Part shown: piece by piece, positions 1 through 13,650 of the stretch | Layout: the number at the start of each line of letters is the position of its first letter | Position numbering within the stretch: position 1 is the first letter of the stretch | Assembly: GCF_041956535.1 (NCBI RefSeq) | Contig: NW_027192219.1 | Location: 169,376 to 233,375, forward strand | Origin: Calcarisporiella thermophila CBS 279.70 | Taxonomy: Eukaryota; Fungi; Calcarisporiellomycota | Reading direction: 5' to 3' | Length of the DNA stretch: 64,000 bases | Translations under genes and position numbers: made by a program | Notes under the pieces: generated by a model | The model's database searches: none | Told to the model about the DNA's origin: nothing | Seen by the model: the letters and a program-made list of their open reading frames with translations, nothing else

Positions 1-295
1 GCAATATAATGTATATGTTGCAATCTCGAACTTTTTGAAATACATGCTATTAGATGGTCCTGATATGATTGTAATAATTTATACTTGTATATATCTTAGT
101 ATAATGCGTCTAACTTCGTGGGCTAAGCACGCAAACACAAACAAATGGGAGAGTCTTGCTTATATCGATTTAAGAAAAAAGAGTACAGAGAAATATAAGG
201 GGGCGTTCTGGCATATGTTTGCAAATAAGAATTATATAAGTTTTGGCATGAGCAATAGGTACTTAATGCTCTTGCCAAAAGTTACAATATATTCT

Positions 296-3012
296 TCAAA
301 TCCCATTTTGTACCCTAAACTCATCCCATGCTTCGTTCAGTGCACTAAATACTCCGTTGGCGATCAGCTTTTGTTCCACAGTTAGCCCAGGTCCCATCTA
401 ATAGTGTATTACAAATGTTATTAGAGAAGCATAAAATATTGTTTTTCAGAAAATTGATAACGCACTTTGTCCGGATGCACTTTGCTAATTGCACGTATAT
501 ACCGAGATTTTACCTGTGCAGGTGTGACCAACTCACTCATAGGCACTGGGCGCCATTGTAATTCCTCCCACAAGACAGTTTCCAAGCTTGCAATTAGAGC
601 TCTCAAGTTTTTTTCTTTACTTGCACGCCACTGAACTATTCGAGCGTCAACAATATCCTTGCATTGCAGTTTTTCAACATCTTCTTGTTCCTGACGAGCA
701 TTGTGTGCACGCAGGCGAGAGACTGCAGCATCGCTTGCAATCTGACCCGCACGCTTGGCTGCAGCAGAGGGTTGAGGAGTGCGCGTAATGGGGGGTTTTG
801 GGGCTGCAGGGGCTGGAGAGTCAATGAATTCTGCAAACGGGTTGTTTTCAAGGTTTGGTACGCTTGAAGATGGGGTGGAAGCCTCCGGAACTCCTTTTAG
901 TGCTCTCCTACAGCGTGACATTCCCTCATTGACACTTTTATTTCGTGGATCCAGCACAATAAGTCGTTCGTAGTCACTAAGGGCGTCTTCATATCGCTCC
1001 ATATTTTCGTAGGCAGTCGCACGTCGTAACAGCGCTTTCTTCCCATGATCCATGAAATGTACTCCTTCGTATAGCTCTGTAGAATTAATATCTTGCCCAA
1101 TGATCTCTAGGGCTAATGAGCAATCGTCAACACATCCTCTATTATCTCCTGTTTTCAATTTCGCAGCAGCTCGATTATTGTACAGTGGCACAAGTTGGAC
1201 ATGCTTGGCAGGAAGACTTGCAATTGCAAGTGCATAAGATTGCTCTGCCTCTCCAAACTGTCCAATCTTAAATAGCTCATTTCCACGAACACGATGACCA
1301 TCAGCGGTGCTCAGTTGACTTGGATCACATGGAATAGGTACACGAGGTGGGCGACGTGGGCGTTCAGAAACTAATGGGGTAGAGCGCCCCGACGTCGGAG
1401 CAGATGATGCAACTTGGCGCCGACGGGCAGGAGAAATATAACTCTCTTTTTCTTCGAATATGTTAAGTCGCGTAGCAGATGAAGTACGGTTCTCAGCTGT
1501 TAGTTTCGATTTAGAAGAATGGTTTGAAGATGTAAGATTTGCTGGGGATTTACGTGATTCAGGTATTTCGTCTTCAGAAGAACTGTCACGATATGGTACA
1601 TAATCGCCGGTTTCTGCTCTATTCTGAAGCTCATCTCTGTAGCTTCCACCATTATATCTCTCCTCTGTCTCTTGCATCCAGCGTGGATAGCCTTTCCGTG
1701 TCCCCTTTTGCAACTGCTGTTGTTGTAGCTCTTCAATAGACTTCTTTACTTTGTCAGCGGATTGTTTCATCATTGTTTGAGCTCGGTTGAACATGCTTAT
1801 ACCGAACTCACTGGCTTGTGCGGCAAGGCGCTCTCTTTGCTGCCAGAGGCCGGATATAGATGTGGTGGAATATGTGCCAGCCTCATTTAACTCATTATAG
1901 TGCGTGGATGCAGAGAATTGTGAGTTGAGTTCCTCACCGCTATTCTGCAATGTTGTCATACGTGGGCTCTTCCAAGACGAATTTTGTTGCTGTCTTTCAT
2001 TTTTCTGCATAGTACTTGTAACTAGTTCAGCCTCCTTATTTTGAATTAACATATCGATTGCTACTTCAACATCTCTCCCGTTTTTCGTCGCAGCTAAGGC
2101 AGTTTGTGCCTGAGTAGCAGTGAATCCCATTTCTACTATACGTGCGATCAGCTCATCCATACCGGTATCCTCAGGTGTGACAGTTGGTGGCGAAGAAGCT
2201 GGAGTCGTTCTTGGTTGCTGGAATTTAGAAGCCGGTTCGGCCAAAAGTCCCAAAGGATTGGCATCTGAATCATCGGGGATTGTTGAAGAATTGGTTGAGG
2301 AAGTGGAAAATGGAGTAGGATTAGACACTTTTTCAAAAGCGCTTAAATCGAATGGATCATCTGATTCCGCCGGAGGGATAGTTGAATTTGACTAAAACAG
2401 AAGCCGCCGCGTTAACCAAATTAAATCAAGAAGTACTGAAAATGCCAAAATTACTTGATTGAATGAAGGAGATATCCGATTGCTTAATAAAGATGGCTTG
2501 GCTAACAAATCAAGATCCCAGGGATCAGAGGCCGGTCCAGTCATGCTCTCCGTATTTACAGAGGCTACGCCAGGCTGGGGCGTTTGTGCACGTCTAGACA
2601 AGCAGATGTGAAATTTAAAAATGAGTTGAAACTTAATGTAATAAAAATTCCCGCAATGATAAGAGTTTTAACATAAAATGATATCTTACAGTTGGTTAAG
2701 GGATTGCGATTGGGAGGGTGTTGGAGCCCTTCGGAAATGTGGTTGATCTGCTAAGAGGCTCCCAAATATATCGTCATTGGCTGAAGTACGTGTGGGGCCA
2801 ACAGCAGGTGAGGAGGCTGTTGATGACATGGCTGCTGGCTGGTGGGTCTGAGTGGGCTTTAGCGAAGCACTAGATCCTCTGGAGGATGGTGTTGAGGAAC
2901 GCATTTGATTATGATCGGTAGGGGCGGAAAGTTTTGTAGAAGCGGGATGGTGTCGAGGAGGCTTGGGCACAGATATGTTGGAGCTCCATGAGAGACCTTG
3001 CAAATCATCCAT
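296..3012 (-). CDS. SWA2: Auxilin-like clathrin-uncoating co-chaperone (UBA + TPR + C-terminal J-domain), spliced
   Basis: UBA (IVEMGFTATQAQTAL), TPR repeats (GNELFKIGQF, YNNRAAAKLK, KALLRRATAYE) and J-like domain (RAISKVHPDK). Last exon 296-397 encodes EQKLIANGVFSALNEAWDEF. Start MDDLQGLSW at 3012. Confidence 0.9.
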
Positions 3013-3173
3013 GAGTAATCTTTTCAAGGCGAACTTAAGTATGTAATTTCTATGAGGACAAGGCTTGATAGAAAAATCGAATTTATTAAAGATATTAAAG
3101 TATTGGCGCAGCCACTATGTTATAAAGCGGTCAGAGGATTTTCAAAGATTAATTGTAGATTAGAAAAAAAAAC

Positions 3174-6100
3174 ATGTCGCGACATAGGAGTATTCGGAAC
3201 ATGGATATAAACTGTGAGTGTTTTTTATTTAAACAAACTCTGTGCTAACTTGTATGCTCAATATTTTTTTTAAATTTTTATTTGACCTCTTTTTGTGGCT
3301 AATTATATGCTTTTAGCTGTGTTGGAGGAGGAGGACATTTACTCGGAAGAAGAATATGAAAATGAGGGAGAAGGTAACCTCAAATTTGATTCGTGATTAA
3401 TTTTATGGCAAGAGCAATAGTTGAGCATTTCAATAATATTCATTTAGGGGCTCCTGATCTCGATGATTTAACTGAAGAAGAATATGGTATATACGTTGAA
3501 TTTTTGAAAGGGTTTGGCAGCGCGTATAATCTATTCAATAGCTCAAATGCAGGACGGCATTGCCTATATTCAATCTATATTACCAGAGGATTCACATGTA
3601 CCTGTGAAGGAAATTGAAGACACACTGTGGTATTATTATTTTGATAAAGAGCAATCGGCTAATTGGATATTAGGTATTTTTTTTTCTTTTTGAAGTTTTT
3701 ATATCTAACTCTATAATTGTTTATTAGACAAGCTTGAAAAGCAAAGTATTCAAACGCAAAAAAAGCAAGCTGATTCAAGAAGTAACAAAGGTGAGTGTTC
3801 ATTTCTAATAGTAGACCCCTTTTTGAAAGATAAAGCTGGTGTGGGTGGGGCAATTTCGCACTAGTCGAAATTTATTTTTCATAGTGATCATGAGGTTAGA
3901 ATCATATTTGATTTCTCTATATTTATATGCAATTGACTTAAGGATCTGTTATTTAATCTACAGCTATATCTACCCATTTTTTTTCATAACTATAGGAGTA
4001 TTTCCATTGGGCACCAATACCAAGTCTAATAAAAGGAAAGGCCTGCCTCTGAACCATCTGGCGTCGTACTGGCGTAATATAAAATGGGGTTGTGGTGGCT
4101 CAGACTTGATACCTATTTCATCTTATTCATCAAAATCCAGTGGAAGGCTTTTTAAAGGGGGATTGCTTGGAGGAGCTGATCATCCTCCTGGAAAGCGCAT
4201 TACTCCCAGTCAGCTCGGATCCTCAAAGACCACACTTGCAGATCTAGCTAAATCTAGAGGATCACGCGCAAGCGGAAGTAGTCTTTTATCCTTTGCAACT
4301 AAAAAGCCTTCGCATAGTTCCGAATCCATCGCTAATGAATCATCTCTTATATCACACTCTTCTACATCAAGTGCTTCTCTTTCTTCGGCTTGTGCAAATT
4401 CGCCTTTTCGTAAGCCACTCACTTCGCTAGCAAGAACTGGGAATTCAGCCACAAGTGCAGCAAAATCTACTACTGATAATATACCTCCTGCACCCACGGC
4501 TTCTAGAGAAAATCCATTGATGAATCCAAAATCCGCGAGCTTGAGAGATTTAACCGCGCGCTATGCTAAAAAGAGCACACCAATAGCATCCAAAGCAACT
4601 CCATTGACTTCAAATCCAGCTCAGCCAACGTTTGAGAGAAATAATTCTCATCACTCAGAAAATGCCACTGATACTTCAACCTCTTCCCAACCATTATCCG
4701 ATGACCCTCTTATTGCCCCACCCTCACACTTTGCGCAGTTTATTTTTAAAATGCTAGATGAAAATTGCCAGCAGCCTATGTCTTCTCATATTTTCTCTGA
4801 CTACTTGACTCCGATCCATTTTTCGGTAGGTTCTGCACAAGGCTTTAATTTTGACAAGCCAAGTCCGGATGATATTGTGGCAAAAGCGCAATGTCAACGG
4901 GGTGGAGCCAAAGGTAAATACTAAAAGACTAAAAAATTCCGAATTGATGAGATTTATACTACAAAATTTTCTGAACAGCATCCAAAACTGCACCTGTTGA
5001 ATCGACTATCACTACCTCGGCTGCTAAAATAAACGCTAGATCAGCTGACGAGGATGAAATACTAGAAGTTGAAGATAGTCATGAAGATGAACAGCTTCAG
5101 TTTGATCTGGCAGCATTAGGACTTGGTGATCAATCCGTGACAAAGTCCATAAGTGTAAAACCTGTATCTAAATCATCTTCTAGTACCTCCGATGTTAAGT
5201 CATCTCTACCTCCGCCACCTCCCAAGGCCCCAAAGTTGAAAGAGCGTATCAATGTTCAGGAAGAATTCAAGAAGAGATCCGCGGAAAAAGAGAGCATGAA
5301 TCTAGTGATAATCGGTATGTAATGCTTGATTTCACTCTAAATTAATGGATTTTTCTCAATTAACGATTTTTAAATGCACAATAGGTCACGTTGATGCTGG
5401 CAAAAGTACATTAATGGGACATCTGCTCTACTCTCTTGGAGAAGTGAGTGACAAGGCACTAAAAAAATTTGAGCGGGATAGCCAGCGCATTGGAAAGGGA
5501 TCATTCGCCTTTGCTTGGGTACTTGATGAGACTGAAGAGGAACGGTCGCGGGGTATTACTATGGATGTTGCCATCAGTAAATTCGAAACTCCTCATCGGC
5601 GGTTCACTCTTTTGGACGCTCCTGGCCATCGCGATTTCGTTCCAAATATGATTTCAGGAGCTGCTCAAGCGGATGTCGCGATTTTAGTGGTGGATTCGGT
5701 GACCGGGGAGTTTGAAGCAGGGTTTGAGGGGAATGGTCAAACACGAGAACATGCCTTGCTTGTTAGAAGTCTAGGAGTTCAGCAAATGGTTATTGCAGTG
5801 AACAAATTGGATCTGGTGGGTTCCTTTTCATTACTTTAATCTGCTCCATTGCTATTTCCTAATTCTCCTTTCTTTTGCCCACGAAGATGGAATGGTCACA
5901 AGAGCGATACTTAGAGATATCTCAAAAACTTGGCAATTTCCTGATCCAAGCTGGTTTCAAAAAACAAAAGCTCACATTTATTCCTTGCAGTGGCCTAAAA
6001 GGCGAAAATCTCGTAAAACGTATAGATAGTGCACTTCGGGCATGGTACGATGGCCCAACTATAGTTGAGGCAATTGATCAGTTTGAACCTCCGGTGCGCG

Positions 6101-7029
6101 CGCTAGATAAACCTTTCCGACTCTCCGTGAATGATTTTTTCAAAGGAGGCATTGGCAGTACCAGTGGAGTCTCTGTAGCAGGCAGAATTGAAAGTGGCCA
6201 TATCCAAGTAGGAGAGCAGGTAATGGTGGTGCCCGGCAACGAATATGGAATAGTGAAAGGTTTGAATGAAAGGCTTTAAGTACTTTTCCCCCTCTATTTA
6301 ACTGGGATTACAGCATTAGAAGTCGGAGGAGAATCTGCCAAATGGGCTGCTGCCGGTGATACTATCTTAGTAACTTTAATTAATCTCGATATACTTCAAC
6401 TAAGGTAATTTTGTTCAATATTTTCAGAATTTTTCTAATTGGCGTTAATTTACGGTATTTGCATTTAAGCACCGGCTCCGTGCTCTGCTCACCTGAGCAT
6501 CCTGTCCCATCCGTAACGAAATTTATTGCGCAGGTCGTGGTTTTCGATGTAAAGGTGCCAATAACAAAAGGATTTCCGGTATGTTTTCACTATTGAAATT
6601 CTTCTAGCAATTGTTTTTTGAATTCATTCGAATGAACACTTTGTTTAATAGGTCTTATTACACCAACAGAGTATGAACGAGCCTGCTACTATTTCCCGAT
6701 TGATTTCAATACTCGATAAAACCAGCGGGGAAGTAATCAAAAAATCTCCAAGGTAAGAAAAGATAGCCCTATGACTACTGACTCGTAGTTTAATTTTTTT
6801 CTTCCCAAAGGCATCTTTCTAAGTCAACCACGGCCACAATAGAGATTAATCTCAACCGGGCTATTCCTCTTGAGAATTTCAAGGAGAACAAAGAGCTTGG
6901 AAGGATTACGTTGCGCAAAGGGGGCGAAACCATTGCTGCTGGTGTTGTGATTGAGGTTGCTATTCTATTTAGAAGCTCGTTAATTTCAATAATCGCAACT
7001 AATTCTCTTGTTTATAGATATTTTCCTGA
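3174..7029 (+). CDS. HBS1: Hbs1 (eRF3/eEF1A-like translational GTPase), multi-exon, with a Ski7-like cassette exon
   Basis: N-terminal MSRHR and DTLWYYYFD motifs. GTPase motifs [37 protein letters not shown]-terminal [17 protein letters not shown]. Confidence 0.93.
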
Positions 7030-7590
7030 AGCTTAATATGCTGCCGTGAAATTTCTGCTTTGGATCCGCTTCTCTGCATTCAATGTAAAATAAATAAATA
7101 AAAAATAGAAATACTTTTCAACCTATGGATTCAGCGCTTATGCTGATGCTAAAGCCATTTAGTGAACCATTTATATTCGACAACCTCGTATTTCAGCGGT
7201 GATAAGATATCAAAGTAAAACCAACACATTACACAAATTATCTACTTATATCCTGGCAAATTACAAAATGCATCATCCATCGATCTTTATGGTAACATAA
7301 AGTTGAAGATCTTAATCGTCCGCTACTACCAACTTGACACTGCTTCGTTTGTTCAAAGAGCTGCTAAACGGTATTATGTACAGATATATTGGTTAACACA
7401 TTTTCGGTGTGTGCAAATTTGCTAATTTTCCCATTTTGGGCTGATTCTAGAGTGCTTTATATGGATTTTGCACATTACATTTGGATTCCCAAACTTGTCC
7501 TTTACCATTGAAACTTCGACTTCAAAACCCATCTCTGATCACTCTTATCTTGTGTCCATCTGAAATGCAATTTAATTTACATCCAATTTA

Positions 7591-8958
7591 ATGGCCACGA
7601 CAGAACTCCCATTAGAAAAAGGCCCATTTCCCGTCAATATTGGCCAATCCCTTCTTGAGCCCTCTAATTCCTCACCGTTTCTTTCCATTCGTTGTAAGTA
7701 ATTTTAGTAGATTTCAATAGAATTCGCGTAATTAATTGTTCCCCGGTGCTTTTATTATATTAGATAATTTCAAGCCTGATTCAATAGACAGCACAAAAAC
7801 TGGAGCACTGGAAACAGATGCCAAGGGCGATTTTGTCATCGAGCTCCCAAGTAATCAAGTAAAGTGGATTCATTATTTCCTTTTTTTGTGATTAGCGCTA
7901 AATTGCTTGTTTCTCGAGTAGGCTGGAGAGAATAGTCATAAGTTTGTCGGACAAGCGCAAGCAGCTAAAGAGATAGACTGTTTGCTAGTTTGGAATGAGG
8001 ATTCACAAGTAATATTTTATTTTGCTGTGTTTAACACCCAGTATTCTTATTATGAAGTGCTATATTATCAATTTCTAGAGCTTTACACTAGAGCGATTAG
8101 GCATCAATATTCCAGCTCGTCCCCTCCGCAAATCTGCAAAAAATGCAGAAAATACTTTCACACCTCTCCAAGGACCTTCTCCTTCCGCATCTACTATTGG
8201 CTCCCCGAGCACTACACTACTCTCACCTAATCCTGTGGAGGATGACTGGAATAATTTTGCTTCTGAACTCGAAGAAATCATGCAGGAGGATGATGAGAAT
8301 GCAAAGGATGATGAGGCTGATACAGAGGCAGAAGATAATGCCCCTGGGCAAACATTCGAGCACTTCGAAGTGATTGACGAGCCTGCTACAAACAATGTAC
8401 CTCCAGAAGCACCCATTAATAATTCTTCTGGATTATCCCTACCATTATCATCTGTGGCTTCCCCCCTCTCCTTGCCTTCTCATCCTCACGCTGGAAAACC
8501 GACGTCGCTTTCAGCTAAAATGCGCAAAAATGCTGATGACTCTACAGATAACTCAAGCGACAGTGAATCCTCGGACTCCTCTTCAGGCTCTTCATCAGGT
8601 TCTTCCTCAGGCTCATCCGATGACGACGACGATGATGGTCTATCGGATCTGGAATCTGAGTTGAATCAAACTTTGTCTCAACCTGCAGTTGCGACCGATT
8701 CTGCTGCGGTGGTGAAGAAAGGTGCGGGGAAGAAGCAGCCTGAGGTAGGTGCATTGGGGGCTGGTTCTGGAGCAAGTGGTTCAGCACGAGGTGGCCCCAT
8801 TTCATTGAATAAGTTCATGTCACGTAAGTCTTTTATCGTTTGAATGGCATTAATAGCACTTATGGATGTAAATCGTTTATGTAGAAGATGACGACGACGA
8901 TGAAGAAGATAGAAGAGGAAGAGAGGAAGAGGATATCTCCTCGAGTGATGACGAGTAA
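7591..8958 (+). CDS. ELL-associated factor (EAF domain) with acidic/Ser-rich tail, spliced
   Basis: Spliced N-terminus reads SIR(Y)NFKPDSID...FVG...KEIDCLLVWNEDSQ/SFTLERL, typical of the EAF domain. Acidic C-terminus (ORF 8235-8843 plus last exon). Confidence 0.78.
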
Positions 8959-9799
8959 TGCGTAGTGTTTTAAACTGTTGCCTGTATATTACGAATATTT
9001 ACCCAGAAAGAATGCTTATCCTTTTCATAAAAGAATTTTGTTTCTACATTCAGGATGTCCCCCCAAGATCACTCTCTAAATCCTATTTGGAAATTCCCAA
9101 AATATTCATTTCGCACAGGCTACACAAACAACAACTTGTGAATTATGATCAATATTATTTTTTTTATTAAGATTTTACGGTTTGATGACGTCTACTCAGC
9201 ACATCAAGTGGTGATCACTAGTATCTAAAGAGAAAAGGCTATTTTTCCTCTGCACAAGAAAGAAATAGTACTATTAAAGAATTCCACATCGCGATCCCCG
9301 CGAATTCCCCACTTTATACTCTCCTCTATACTCTATCTACATACACGTTCATCTAAGGTAATTTCACCGTATACATTCTGAGAAGTGTAGAAATTTTTTG
9401 GAAGCAGAGTTTCGAATCTAGAATCTATTGACATTATCATTTTTATTTTGGATTTCGTATTAATCTTATCTTTTTATTCCCTTCTAGATTTAATTATATT
9501 GGTATTTGATGCACCGTTTCTCTACTCCCCTACACCTAATTTAAAAATTGGCTTGCCCCTTAACTTAAGTATTAAAATATCTGGTTTTTTATATTCTATT
9601 AACTCTGCTCCCATCATCCGGATGCTTACTTTTGCTCCGCTACTGATCATACTCGGCCCCTAAAGGGCCCTGTTAACCTTTTGGATTTCGTTTTTTGTGC
9701 AGTACTCTATACATCTTTACCCCCCTTCCGTATTGTTTTTTGTATATATATTTCGGCATCAATTCCCCAGAATTTCTCGTTTAAATATCTCCCAAGCCA

Positions 9800-12700
9800 A
9801 TGTCGGTTGTACCTATCGAATCCTCAATTAATACCGATGCGTCATCAACGGCCACCACTGTAAGCACATTTGTGTCCCCGTCTATCTCCGCCGCTGACAC
9901 CTCAGACGATTCGTCGATGAGCGAAGGACAGACCGGCGAGCGAACAATGCCTACATCTACCACATCTGATGCTCCTCCACGTCACAGTTTAACACCGGCA
10001 GATGTTGGGCAGCAAAGGCGAATAAGTTTGCCTGTGGATAGGAATGTTCACTTGGAGTACGCACCTGCAGGATTAGCCACTCATCAGCTTGCTGCGACGG
10101 GATTTGCCGAACCTTTGGCAATGCCTGGCGCGATTGTCGCCTCAGATTTTACTCCGCCGGAACAGAACATTCAGGTTTCGCCCCCAATTCCAATATCAAT
10201 AGCATCAGTATCTAAGCATCAACAGCAACAACGGGTGCTCTCTACCGGACTTGTTCAAGCAGGCGAGGACCAAGCAGCCGCAGCCGTTGCGACAGTAGCT
10301 CTGCTAGGACAGACGTTGAGTGGACTTGGGCAATCGGTGGCTGCACCTGCTGTCATTATGGAGGATATCAAGGAGCCGCAATTACCAACGTCGAATGCTC
10401 TTTCTCCGCCAACCATCGCCCAAGGGATGCAGATCATGCTTGAGGCTTCAGCAGTCAATGCCCCGGATAATGCGGTCCCCGCCGTCCCTAACATGCCCAC
10501 AGCAGCACCACTCTCAACACCCCCTGCACCCGCTCAGCCTCTCATCCTCAATCCAACGATTGCAACAAATCCAACCCTTACGGCGGCGGCCGTTGTCGCT
10601 GCCCAAAAGCAGATCGAGCAGATCATCTCCCAGCAGCATGAAAAAGCGAACGCGACGCCCCTTGATTCAGAGAGCAATAAATCTAGCGGGGGTGCCGTGG
10701 GGATTGAGCCGCAGGAGGAGCCGCAGCAGGCTGCTGCTTTAATCGCCTCCGCAAATGATGCAATTCTTCAGCAAGCAATAATCGAGTCGGCGCAAGTTGC
10801 AAATGCTGCAGTAGCGGCGGCAGCAGTTGTCCAAATGAACCTGGCTCAGCAGCTGGTAGAGGCGCCAGAGACCTTGTCGCAGAGCACACTTGAACAGAGA
10901 CAACATGAGATCCATCAAATGCTCACCAACGCTGCAAACGCACAGGCGGTATCAAATATGCTCTCTTCTGCTGCGGCAATGAACATGTTATCAGGGGGGG
11001 GGAATGCGCCTGCAGCGACCATGGCTGCCCTCTCTCAGACGGTTTTGCCTACGCCGACGGATAAATCTCCAACACAAGAGGTGATCACCCCATTAGATTC
11101 CTCTCCCTTTTTTTTTCTTCATTTCTCATTATCTTCTGGATATAGACAATACCGGGTGCGCCGTCTGATCATGTGCAAACCGAATCCTCTGCTGTGCCAG
11201 AAGTCGTGGACATGGAGGGCATAATTCCTGGAAATGAACCAGCCAGCATTAACCAGAGGAACAGCAATCGGCCTACTCTCCCCCACCCACCCATTATTCC
11301 AGGAGCGGCCGACCCTGTGGCCCTCAATGAGCAACCAGCACAAACGCTTTTACTTCTGGCGTCTGCAGGGAATCGACTTGCAATGCAAGACAGTCGTGAA
11401 GTGATGAACAACACGCAATCACGACTACCCTCAGTACCGGCTTCCTCCCCTCTGACGTCCAAGCATGAACATCTAGCTGGCGGTAGTCGCGGAAATGACT
11501 CAATGAAAACAGAAGCGGTTAGCACCGATTCCTCGTCGAAGAACTCGCCAGCCGTGGAGGCTGCTAGCGATGACGAAGATGAAGATCTCGAGGAGGTGGA
11601 CGAGGTTGAGTCGAATACAGGAAAGAGGATATGTATGTGGAAAGGATGCCATAAGGAGCTTCCGAATATGGAGGCATTAATTAATCACCTAGCGGATGTC
11701 CACGTCGGCGGCGGCAAGGTAAGCAGCTGCTCGTATAGCTTGAGAGGATAGGCACGTGGAGCTGACTTGTTTTTTATAGCCGAAATATTTATGCGAATGG
11801 AGCGATTGTCCTAGAACGAACAAGCCGTTCAAGAAACGCCACAAAATGTTCAACCATCTACGCACGCATACTGGAGAACGGCCGTTTGTCTGCCAGGTTT
11901 CTGGGTGTGGGAAAAGGTTCGCTCGCCCTGACTCTCTCAGTACACATATGAAGACCCACTCGACCGTGCGGCCTTTTGTGTGCTCCGTCGAAGGGTGTAG
12001 GAAAGCATACTACCATGCCCGTTCGCTGCGTAAGCACGAGCGGGTGCATGATCAACGACAGCAATCTGGTAATCAGCAACAGCAACCGCAACAGCAGCAG
12101 TGCAACGGGCGACTAAGCTATTCTCAGACCTATTCACCCTATCCAACGACACGGCCTTATGCCAATTCGGCTGCATCAGCGGCCCAGTCAACACCCCTAT
12201 TCTCCCCCACCTCGATACGGCCACCACCCGCTGCCGGAATGGTCACGACAATGCACCCGTCCCATTCTCCTCACACTTCTCCTTCCCCTCTCTCAACTGC
12301 AAGCATCCCCTCACCAATGCATGTGCCGGCTTCCTCCGCCTCCAGTAGTGGCCCAAGCCCAAAATTGCCCATTCCTCCCTCGCCGACTGCAGGCCTCCCT
12401 TTCTCCCACTCGGTGCCCGCGGTTTACCCTTCACACAGCCCAGTGGTGGCCATGCCCTACGGAGTTTTGCCAAGCCTGCGGCCTGCAGAGGCGGCCGTCG
12501 CGGCCGTCGCGGCTGCCGCCGTGGCAGATGGATATGGACGAATATTCACCAGACTTCCGCCTCTGCCTATGGGGCCGCCCATGGGCGGGATGTTGCCCTC
12601 TGCAACCCATCCTCACAAATATGTCCTCCCAACCCCTCCCATGGTTCCCGCTGGGCCCTATTTCCCCACCGCCCCCTCCTACACCCCTACCACGCTGCCG

Positions 12701-12961
12701 CCGGCATTTCTCCCAAGGCCTCCCAATATACCACCCTCCCCTATCTCCATTTCCTCTCCATCCGGCCATGTGATGCACCCTGGCTCAGTCTCGCACGCAC
12801 CGCGGCTACCACCCCCCATCACAAATATGATGAACCACTCGATTGGAAGCGGTGGCCCGCTGGGATCTTCGGAGCCACCACCCTCTCATCAACCGACCCA
12901 GGCTCAGCCTCCGGGCTCATTGCCCACGAACACCGGGCTGTTCAAAACGAATCCAAAATAA
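9800..12961 (+). CDS. GLI/Zic-like C2H2 zinc-finger transcription factor (4 fingers), two introns
   Basis: CMWKGC...HLADVH, CEWSDC...[17 protein letters not shown]...HMKTH, CSVEGC...HERVH. Ala/Gln-rich N-terminus and Pro-rich C-terminus. Confidence 0.87.
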
Positions 12962-13650
12962 GGTTGCCATGGGTGGAGGGGGGGGAGGGGGAGGATTAGT
13001 TAGGACTCCAATGTCTGCTGTAATATTTATTCATCTCTAAATATTATTTTTATTTTCCTTTACACCAAGAAACAAAGAGGGGAAGAAGGAGGGAAGTTGC
13101 CTCCCATTTGATGGAGCGCTGAGATGGGGAGATGGCGGCTGGTTAGCTCTTTTTGTACTGCTGGGTCTTTATTTTTCTTTATTCTATTGTTCGAGTGTTT
13201 TTAATTTTCTTCGTCATGGAAAAAAAATTTTTTTTCTCTTCTTTCTTACTTTATGCCTGAAATTGTTCTCCTCTATTTGTAAACGGCAGAAAAAGCAACC
13301 TATTTGTTTTTTTGTTTCAATCGTTTACTTTCATATTCTTTTTTTTTTTTTGGAAGAAAAAAGATACCTCTTGAGTGTTATTTTTTTTATTCTTTTTTCT
13401 TGACTTATTTTTATATTTTTAGGATGATTTCCGTTATTATTCCTTTTTGATATTTCTATTTCTCACCCTATAATTGTCTGTAAATAAAAATTTACTTCCT
13501 CTTGAAATGTAAAGAGCCGATATTAGCTAGATATCATTAGGTGAAAACGAAAAAGAAGAAACAATAATCATACACACAGGGACGTGGAATGGCCTGAGAT
13601 TTTGGGTGAGATTCGAGGGAATCCTAGTATTGATCCGCCGCCCTCGTCAT

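Noticed and set aside
35-385. 116-aa + strand ORF at the window start
   Set aside because: Overlaps the SWA2 last exon and 3' UTR on the opposite strand; non-ATG start and no motifs.
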